NCBI GenBank assembly: GCA_024346625.1
Contig: AP024665.1
Span: 2,046,001-2,110,000, forward strand
Direction: 5' to 3'
From: Williopsis jadinii
Lineage: Eukaryota
DNA length: 64,000 bases
The notes below the pieces were generated by a model. The model searched no databases and was not told the origin of the DNA. It worked only from the letters and a program-made list of their open reading frames with translations. This document shows positions 56,275 to 64,000 of the stretch, one piece after another (positions within the stretch are counted from its first letter, which is position 1; every line of letters starts with the position of its first letter). The translations under genes were made by a program, and so were the position numbers.

Positions 56275-57528
56275 TTATGAGGAACGATCGGTCCCTTGAT
56301 CATCATCATTTGACGAGCTCACTGAGGGCTCTTTTGAAGGTAGTTGGCCAATTTCGGCTTCAGCCTCTTCAATTATGATAGCATCATCGTCAGCATCTGT
56401 ACTTGGTGCTTCGTTTTCTGCATCGCTATCTTCATCCAAATCTGCTTCGAGATCACACGTCTCTCTACAGTTTGGACATAGGAACTGCGGATAACTCTTG
56501 ATGACAATAGGCCGTATGCATTTGTAATGCCAGCAGTGCGAACAAGGGCTAATGAATACTGCCTGGCATGGTCTCACTTTCAAGAGACAAATGGCACATT
56601 CGGACAGTTCCGAATCGTTCATCATTGCCAAGGTCTTCAGACGCTGATGTGCTTCTTTGTTAAACTGGTTCGCCTTACGTTGCCACGACTTGTTAATCTC
56701 CACACGCATCTTTACACAGCGGAAGATATCCTCAATTCCGCCTCTAAAATCCATCCCCAACTGTAGTATATCTCCATTTTGAAGTGGTGTATCGGCACTT
56801 TCTATGCCTGCCGGCGAGAGACGAACGTGGTTCAGGAAGGTACCGGATGATGATTTGAGGTCCTTCACATACCAATTCCCATAGTTATCAACGTAGAACT
56901 CACCGTGTGTACGTGACACAACCTTGGATTTGAAGACAACACCAGCATCAGAGCCCTGTGGCGCATACGCCGTCTCACGCACCTTCTCGGTGTATCTTCC
57001 TATGGATAGCCTGGCCCCTGGCTTAGTCTTACGCAGTATTGGGCCAAAGTACAACGCAGGCGTCGTTGACGAGTGGTCGATGAATGGAGTCAGTCTGATG
57101 GAATACAGCCCGTCAGAGTCAGGCGACTGCCGTGGCAACGGAGAGCTTCTTCTCGTGGCGTCTTGCATCATGTTCTCCTCTGTTGGCGTCGCAGCATACA
57201 TGTCAAACTGTCCATTACTCCCATTGTTGTGGTTGTCAGAGAAATAACCCGCCGTCACGCTCTGTGCGATAGGTTGAGCCACTGATCTTGACGAACCAAC
57301 ACCACCACCAGCACCTCCACCAGCGCTCGTGCCGCCCGCCAGCGGTCTCGAGGAGGATCCCGCTCTGGACCGACCAGTCGACGACTGCTGTAGATTCGAC
57401 GACGACGAGTTGTTGTTTCTCAGCGAGTTCGTGATGGAGGACAGAAACCCAAAGCTGGACCCGCGTCTTCTGGAGTCCGGCCTGGAAGGCGACCCTGTCA
57501 AGTCCTGTTGCGACCCTGGTACTGACAT
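56275..57528 (-). CDS. DMA1: FHA-RING ubiquitin ligase Dma1/Dma2
   Basis: IGRYTE..FKSKVVSRTH..KSSSGTFLNH FHA domain; CAICL..PCSHCWHYKCIR..CPNCR RING. Confidence 0.93.
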   Translation of the reverse strand: MSVPGSQQDLTGSPSRPDSRRRGSSFGFLSSITNSLRNNNSSSSNLQQSSTGRSRAGSSSRPLAGGTSAGGGAGGGVGSSRSVAQPIAQSVTAGYFSDNHNNGSNGQFDMYAATPTEENMMQDATRRSSPLPRQSPDSDGLYSIRLTPFIDHSSTTPALYFGPILRKTKPGARLSIGRYTEKVRETAYAPQGSDAGVVFKSKVVSRTHGEFYVDNYGNWYVKDLKSSSGTFLNHVRLSPAGIESADTPLQNGDILQLGMDFRGGIEDIFRCVKMRVEINKSWQRKANQFNKEAHQRLKTLAMMNDSELSECAICLLKVRPCQAVFISPCSHCWHYKCIRPIVIKSYPQFLCPNCRETCDLEADLDEDSDAENEAPSTDADDDAIIIEEAEAEIGQLPSKEPSVSSSNDDDQGTDRSS

Positions 57529-58329
57529 GACGATATGCCTATTCGAATGGAAACGGGTGGGAAATGAATCAGCGCCCCCTGCCCGGTGAACTATGCCCTT
57601 ACACTATGGCGTGTCCTGTCGTGTGTATCTGTGTGTGGGGGCTCAGATGGAAATGACCCTCCACTGAAAAACGAAGCAAGGACGTAAAACAGTATCAGCA
57701 GTGCTTTGTTGGAGAGGACGAGCTGCTATTCTAACGCCTGGTTCCAACTCTCTTGCGGTGATACGGAAGCTCTCGATGACGGAAGAATGACGGTATCAAC
57801 TTCCTTTGTCTTCAAAGAGAGAGAAATTAAGCAGAGAGAGAAATTATGCTCCTTCTGATCGTCGCTGTGTGTGTGTGTGTGTGATTTTTTCAGCCTGTGA
57901 TTTTTTCCTCTTCCCTGCTGCCTAGGATTGTCGGTTTGGTGCGCTGTTTGGGCATTTTGTGATAGATCGGAAGTTATCGTCAGCTTAGCGTGCGGAGCTG
58001 GCGGTTTGGGAAGCGGGCAGCGGGCAGCGGTAAAATACACGCATTGGTTTAAAAAGCGCGAAAAAAAGGCGAAGAAAAGGCGCAAAAACACGAAAAACCA
58101 CTGAAAAGGTTGGCCCCTTTTTTTCCGATGGCCGATTATGTCATCTGGTGAGTACTGCTTACATAAGCCGATGATGTTTTGGGTGGGGACACATCTTCAC
58201 GTGCCTGGGGAACAGGGCAGGCCCACCGCCGATGACGGTGAAGGCTGATGGTGGTGAAGAGGGAACGATTCAATAAACCCACCAACTGTTACATTTGGGG
58301 ATACAAGGGGAGACACAGGCATACCGACG

Positions 58330-58992
58330 ATGGTGTTCACGGTGCTGCTAGCCCATTTCTGTGATATACATGGCCCAAGATCCATTCTCTCTACACAGCA
58401 AACCACTGAATTGCCCGAACAGTACGTGCTTCCAGAGTTCTCGAAGGAGTCGTACTGCACGTCTTGTCTGTTGATGCTGCCAAAGCATGTGGTTGATCCG
58501 AATAACCCAACCACGACACTGCAGACTGAACTGAATAACAACGTCTACACAACTACGCAGTACAATGCGGTAAGGTTTAGGGTATTGAACAGTGTTGTGA
58601 GGAAGTGCCTGTCGGAAGAGACACCGGTGTACGATGCAAGGCCAATGTTCTTCGGAGACGAGTCCAGAGGTTACTCGATAGCGTTGAGCTTCAAGCTCAA
58701 GGACCTTGAAGCACGTGGTTCCGAGAGAAGGTATGCCTACATAGTGAACTGTAAGAATGAGAAGAAACTGTTGGACAACTGGGGAGTCATTGTGGAAACA
58801 ATCACCGTGATGATCGAATACCTCACAAAGAAGAGTTACGAGTACGAAATGGTGAACTCGACGAATAACGAGATCTTCCTAAGAGGTAAGAACATGCAGT
58901 CGAGGAGTATGACTGAGCTTCTAGGTGATGATGAGGTATTTGTAAAGATGCACCTCTGGAATGCCAAACTTTTAGAAAGCCTGTCCTCATGA
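58330..58992 (+). CDS. LST7: Folliculin orthologue Lst7 (Lst4-Lst7 GAP for Gtr2)
   Basis: LAHFCDIHGPR, SYCTSCLL, KCLSEE, FFGD and ARGSERRYA motifs. Confidence 0.92.
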   Translation: MVFTVLLAHFCDIHGPRSILSTQQTTELPEQYVLPEFSKESYCTSCLLMLPKHVVDPNNPTTTLQTELNNNVYTTTQYNAVRFRVLNSVVRKCLSEETPVYDARPMFFGDESRGYSIALSFKLKDLEARGSERRYAYIVNCKNEKKLLDNWGVIVETITVMIEYLTKKSYEYEMVNSTNNEIFLRGKNMQSRSMTELLGDDEVFVKMHLWNAKLLESLSS

Positions 58993-59653
58993 TCTATGAA
59001 GCATATATAACTCATCTAGTGGCCCTTCCCACTTGTCGCTAGCTACACGGAAATGAACTATTCATTCATTTCAGCTCAGCTTTACACTAACATGATCAAG
59101 TAAGAGCTGATTATGATGTGAAAGCACGGCTACTACAACATTTAATCTGGTTGTAATACAGCACCTTGCAACTTTATTGAAGACGATGCCTAAACAGATG
59201 AAAATAGCTGTGCTTATCTCAAAGAGTGATATTTCATCCGATACCTACCTATGTGCTAACTCATTGGAAACGAATCACAATTTACCTCAGCATGATAATA
59301 GTTCTAATCTGCGTGTCCCAATAGGTGCTACAAACCTCGTCAGCCCAGGCGACAGACACGCTGTGAAATGAATAGAATATCTTCTACTTGGAAGACAATA
59401 AGCAAATGATATATGTATACTTTTTACCTCTTTAGATTTATGTAGAGCTTGCTGATACCCCAACCTCACAGTTAAGCCATGGCTTACTGGTGGCGCCGAG
59501 ATAGACTATCATCTTACACAATGGATGTACAAAGTGTACATGGATAACTGACTGTATTCTGTTATACACATGTGTATCAAAACACAGCGAATGTAGCATT
59601 CCCCTACCATAAATCGTCGTTCTGAACCATAAAGGTATTCTGTGCGTACCACC

Positions 59654-60076
59654 TCAATCAAGTCTTCTGTCAGGTGCACTGCTGCTGGACGTTAAAAGGT
59701 TTTCGAGTTCGATAACGTCGTTTGCAATCTTCTTGTAAATCTTGTGCTCCTTCAACGTATCCGTGATCTGGAACTTTGCAATGTACCAGCACAAGAACTT
59801 ATAAGACACCCAGATCAGTAGTAGGGATAAAACAACAATCGCACTGTGAACAAAGATATCCCTTGCATCGTTTGGATTCATCGTACGGACATAGATTAAG
59901 ATGTTTGTGGCAAGGAGGAAATCGAGGGCACACACAACAGTGATTAGGAACCCAGCAAAGAACAGTTTTAAAGATGGACTCTCTCTTTCGGTTCTGTCCT
60001 TGTAATAAGCAAATGGAGGGCCAAAAACACTCACCTCCTCGGCATAACGAGCATCAATCTTTGATCCAGCAGACAT
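59654..60076 (-). CDS. Hypothetical 140-aa protein with two predicted TM segments
   Basis: ATG in AAC-ATC-ATG context, non-overlapping, two hydrophobic stretches; no family recognised. Confidence 0.55.
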   Translation of the reverse strand: MSAGSKIDARYAEEVSVFGPPFAYYKDRTERESPSLKLFFAGFLITVVCALDFLLATNILIYVRTMNPNDARDIFVHSAIVVLSLLLIWVSYKFLCWYIAKFQITDTLKEHKIYKKIANDVIELENLLTSSSSAPDRRLD

Positions 60077-60361
60077 GATGTTGTTCTTCTACTCGTTGTA
60101 CCTTCCAGAATGTGTAATATGAAAGTCTTGGTATAAACGTCTTGTGTGTCAACTTCAGGGTGAAAATGTCTTTCTAAAAAAATTTCACCAAGGTTTTTTT
60201 TTATGCACGCCCTTTTCACTGATCGAAGAGATAACCTTAATGATTTTCCGGGGTTTGGGCAAGTAATCCGATCAAATCTACAAAACATATAAACACCAAC
60301 ACTTACGACGATACAGTTGAGTTCTGTGAAAGAAAACAAGAGAAAGCTATATTACCTGGAA

Positions 60362-62413
60362 TTAGGCCCTTTTGATGAAGTCTAAGATCTCTATGAAACT
60401 CTGGGAGTTTTTTTCCACGGCGACAACACATTTGGAATAATTGAACTTTGCAGACCAGATTGGGCCGGAGTCTGCCAACACGTTTGAACGAATCAACTGC
60501 CCCTTGTTCTGTAGATCGTAAATGTTGAATTGGCCTTCACTACCACTTACCAACAAGTTTGGTGATGCGTAAAAAGTGGTGATAGCGGAATGGCCATCTT
60601 GATGCAATACAAATTCACTCTCGTAATTATCAGGATTCCAGCCCCGAAGAGTACCATCTGCAGCCGCACTCACCAAATAATTTGAGGAGAGTCCAAGTAA
60701 GCCAACTAGCGAAGTGTGTTTTGTTAGTTCTGCAATACAGGCACCATTATTCAAGTCCCATACTCTGATAGTCGAGTCCATAGAGGCAGAAATGCATCTG
60801 TTTCTTTCAACATCCAAAATAGTCGAATAGATACGGTCGGTATGACCACGTAGGACAAACTTGTTTGTACACGTTTTGAGGTCCCAGACACGAACAGTAT
60901 GGTCATAAGAGCCAGATATGATTGTGTTCCCATATCCAGTAACTGCTCTCACTGATGCAGTATGTCCTCTGAGTACGGTAACAAAGTACGGGTTCTGTGG
61001 ATCTGTCTCATCGTAATCCTCACCAAGATCATCTTCGTCCGGAAGCCTCCATACATGGAGGGTGTTATCCCTGGATCCGGTGATTATAAATCTTTCACCC
61101 TCATCATTTGTCACAATTTCCATACATCTAATTGTCGATGTATGTCCCTTGAACACATGAGTACATTTACCCAGCTGAATGTTCCAAACTCTGACCGTCC
61201 GGTCGGTGGAGCCACTGACAATCTGATTCCCAATGTATTTTAAGGCCCAAACACCGCCCTCATGGCCTGAAAGTATATTTAATAGTTTCCCAGTTTCTGG
61301 ATCATAGATGTTGATCATTTTGTCATCTGCACCTGTAATGATTCTTTCGTCATCGAATTGGAGGCAGGTCACAACATTCGCCCCATGGCCTGGAACTGTA
61401 ATCTTATACGGCTGGAAGTCTGGATCTAACCAGTTACGATGTAGTCTAAACCTCTTAGTGTATAGTTTGTGGAAGATCGACGGTTCTGAGTCCACTTTTT
61501 GTACGAGTTGGTCCAGTTCCTCCTTTGTAGTGTAGTTATCTCTGATCAACAGGTTTTTCCAAAATTCGCTTGTAATCAATCTATTCCAACTTTTGGAGAC
61601 GGCCAGAACGTTATTCACAGAATCATGATCGAGCTGTTCCAGGATTTCCATGGATATTTCAGTCGGAAGTGAGGTTAAGAAATCCCTCTTCAAAGAGCCA
61701 GAAATCGTATTAGTCAAGTCACTGAGAGTCGAGCGATCAGCACGTTGAATAAGCCTAAATATCAAGTGATTTAGAGCGTTCTTAGTAAGAGATGAAGCTG
61801 CGTAGCGTTCAATAATATCAATAACTTTGGTGGTTTCCATTTGCACAACTTGTGTGTCGTCATCGTCCATAGGATCATCCAAATGGAATGTTTGTTTTGG
61901 AGAAGCAGATGGGGAAGGTAACGGCAGGTCGGTTGTACTATCAAAAGGAGTACCAGGACCCACCTGCTGTGGTGGAGGCATCATCAACTGCTGCTGCTGT
62001 TGCTGTTGCTGCTCATGCTCTTGATGCTGTTGCTGATCTTGTTGTTGGTCATGTGGGATTTGCTGACCAACATCCAAGGCTGGCAGCTGGTTTGCCAAAT
62101 TGTTATCTTCTTCTTCATCCTCTCCAGGGGTATCGAGCATATCTTCATCCTCTTGAGCGCCACCGTCATGACCATCATCCCTGAACCTGCGTTTCATCAC
62201 ACGCTGTGGCTCTTCTGCGGGGCGCTTCATCCCTGATCTGTTACTATTGCTGCTACTGCCGCCGCCATTGTTATTGTTGATGTTCTGAGCACCACTAGAC
62301 GACAACCCAGGCAACGCTAGTTCAGCATGGTAAACATACTGATCTTCGGCCTTGAGACGGCAGCTGATGGGGGTTTCAGCGTTCATTAGCGGTTGGCGAG
62401 ATGGTCCTGACAT
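60362..62413 (-). CDS. CDC4: SCF F-box/WD40 protein Cdc4
   Basis: LPLPSPSASP phosphodegron-like motif, F-box RDFLTSLPTEIS, WD repeats VVTCLQFD, GHEGGVWAL, GHTSTIRC, GHTASVRAV. Confidence 0.95.
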   Translation of the reverse strand: MSGPSRQPLMNAETPISCRLKAEDQYVYHAELALPGLSSSGAQNINNNNGGGSSSNSNRSGMKRPAEEPQRVMKRRFRDDGHDGGAQEDEDMLDTPGEDEEEDNNLANQLPALDVGQQIPHDQQQDQQQHQEHEQQQQQQQQLMMPPPQQVGPGTPFDSTTDLPLPSPSASPKQTFHLDDPMDDDDTQVVQMETTKVIDIIERYAASSLTKNALNHLIFRLIQRADRSTLSDLTNTISGSLKRDFLTSLPTEISMEILEQLDHDSVNNVLAVSKSWNRLITSEFWKNLLIRDNYTTKEELDQLVQKVDSEPSIFHKLYTKRFRLHRNWLDPDFQPYKITVPGHGANVVTCLQFDDERIITGADDKMINIYDPETGKLLNILSGHEGGVWALKYIGNQIVSGSTDRTVRVWNIQLGKCTHVFKGHTSTIRCMEIVTNDEGERFIITGSRDNTLHVWRLPDEDDLGEDYDETDPQNPYFVTVLRGHTASVRAVTGYGNTIISGSYDHTVRVWDLKTCTNKFVLRGHTDRIYSTILDVERNRCISASMDSTIRVWDLNNGACIAELTKHTSLVGLLGLSSNYLVSAAADGTLRGWNPDNYESEFVLHQDGHSAITTFYASPNLLVSGSEGQFNIYDLQNKGQLIRSNVLADSGPIWSAKFNYSKCVVAVEKNSQSFIEILDFIKRA

Positions 62414-62940
62414 GTTTCTAACAACAACGCCTCCTGGTGTGTCTTTCTCTCCTCTTTACAACACAGTTGTTCGGGTGGTAGTGTCAAAGCACAGGGGAAC
62501 AACACAAACAAACAAGCAAGCACGAACGCAAACGAAAAGGGACAAAATATGAAATCAAGTGCACCTGTGGTAAGGAATAACGATCAGACTGAAAACTTTC
62601 CCTGTATCTCTCTCACACACGCTCTCGATCTTCTCTTCTCGTGTTTTCACAACGATTTGTAAGCCCCAAAGATCTCACTCCCAGTCGAAACAAATACAAA
62701 ATGCGTGTGTGCTTTTTTTGCTTGTGAACGCCCTATGTGATTTTTTTTTTCCTGCGGTATTGGGGGCCTTTGGTTGCAATTCCCCGACTGCTTTTCCCCT
62801 TGTGCAAGAACAACAGGGCAAACGGGGGAAAGCAGGAAGTTTTCTTAAGTGCACGGATGTTTCGTTGTACTGTTTTCTCACGCCGAGGAGCTCGCTAATA
62901 ACTCCAAGGTCATCGGTTGCGAAGAACAGAAAGGCCAAAC

Positions 62941-63870
62941 ATGATTAGGTTCCATCGCTCGCTACTATCTGCCGTTACAAAGAGAAGCTACTATGCTTCT
63001 TCGAACCAGGCTCTTACTGAACAGCTCATGTCTAAAGACATTCCCACTGTTGAGCTGAGTTATGACCTCATTAACGAGCAGTCGTCGACGATACCGCGGA
63101 GCCCAGTTCTGATCCTTCATGGATTGTTTGGATCCAAATCAAACAACAGATCCATTGCGCGTGAGCTCAACTCAAGACTGGAGAGGGACATATATTGCCT
63201 GGATCTGAGGAATCATGGAGACTCGCCTCATGATTCCCGCCATGACTATCCGGCCCTTGCCGCTGATGTTGAAAGGTTTATCAAAGATCACCAACTGGGC
63301 CAGAGCATACTCCTGGGACACTCTATGGGTGCGAAGGCAGCAATGGCTGTAGCGTTGAGGTCGAAGTCTCTTGTGGAAATTCTTATTTCTGTAGATAACG
63401 CCCCGGTGAATCTCCAGCCAAGTTCCAAGTTCATCGAGTACGTCAAGATCTTACAACAGTTGGAAAACAACCCAGAGATCACCACGGCGAAAGAGGCGAA
63501 TAACGAATTCAAGAAATATGAGGAGAACGATTCTGTAAGACAGTTCCTGTTACAAAATCTACGCAAAGACAAAGAAACCGGCATGATGACAAGTAGAGTG
63601 CCCTTGGATATTATGAAGAAAGCGCTTATAAAGGGGAACGTTGCGTCCTGGGAATTTGATCCCAACTACGCATCATGGTCTGGGCCTGCGTTGTTCATAC
63701 GGGGTGCAAAGAGTACATACGTTCCAGATGAGTATCTTCCAGATATCGGCCGTTTCTTTCCAAATTTTGAAGTTCGTGAAATAGATGCAGGGCACTGGGT
63801 AATGGCAGAAAAGCCTAAGGAAAGTGTTGATGCTATAGTTGAATTCATCCAAAGACATGAAGATATTTAG
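62941..63870 (+). CDS. IMO32: Mitochondrial alpha/beta hydrolase / putative alcohol acetyltransferase, Imo32 (ABHD11-like)
   Basis: Presequence MIRFHRSLL; HGLFGSKSNNRSI, LDLRNHGDSPH, GHSMGAK, DNAPV and AGHWV motifs. Confidence 0.85.
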   Translation: MIRFHRSLLSAVTKRSYYASSNQALTEQLMSKDIPTVELSYDLINEQSSTIPRSPVLILHGLFGSKSNNRSIARELNSRLERDIYCLDLRNHGDSPHDSRHDYPALAADVERFIKDHQLGQSILLGHSMGAKAAMAVALRSKSLVEILISVDNAPVNLQPSSKFIEYVKILQQLENNPEITTAKEANNEFKKYEENDSVRQFLLQNLRKDKETGMMTSRVPLDIMKKALIKGNVASWEFDPNYASWSGPALFIRGAKSTYVPDEYLPDIGRFFPNFEVREIDAGHWVMAEKPKESVDAIVEFIQRHEDI

Positions 63871-64000
63871 AAGCTAGTGGCTATAATTCGAGCACAGAGG
63901 CAATGAGTATATGCTGCTTAAAGTGTGGTGCACCCACTAACTATGGTATACATGCTCTTTAATTTAAAGAGTAGACCCGACCTTTGGGATAGTATAGACT

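Noticed and set aside
62941..63870. Possible Eat1 ethanol acetyltransferase
   Set aside because: GHSMG and HGLFGxKxNNRSI match the Imo32 branch better than Eat1 (GYSLG, from memory); a phylogeny would settle it.

Overview
Gene-dense budding-yeast (Saccharomycotina) chromosome segment read with the standard code (CTG sits at a conserved Leu in RHO2 KTSLLY). Short introns with TACTAAC/TGCTAAC branch points and the gene content suggest a non-CTG, pre-WGD yeast, possibly Cyberlindnera/Wickerhamomyces (inference, not confirmed). About 27 protein-coding genes: VPS8 (cut by the left edge), INA17, SSQ1, a class III (SIRT5/CobB-like) sirtuin, GAS2, TIM21, MCM6, a SUN-family gene, a SAN1-like RING ligase, an L-type lectin, PHO86, PMA1, PUF4, NUP1, STE11, a 74-aa microprotein, DCR2, VPS38, NST1, RHO2, DIP2/CMR2, a YNL115C-like hydrolase, DMA1/2, LST7, a 140-aa orphan, CDC4 and IMO32. 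Four gene models need introns that the ORF track misses. I found no rRNA, tRNA, CRISPR array or transposon. Main points worth follow-up: (i) PMA1 appears to have a complex spliced 5' leader, with two TATA/donor sets and one acceptor directly abutting the ATG, behind ~6 kb of gene-free DNA rich in TTGCGCAA/A-tract modules; (ii) a class III sirtuin with a bipartite NLS-like insert; (iii) a syntenic microprotein beside STE11; (iv) paired telomere-like/Rap1-like 16-mers in the VPS38-NST1 divergent promoter. All gene names come from remembered motifs and synteny, not from database searches.
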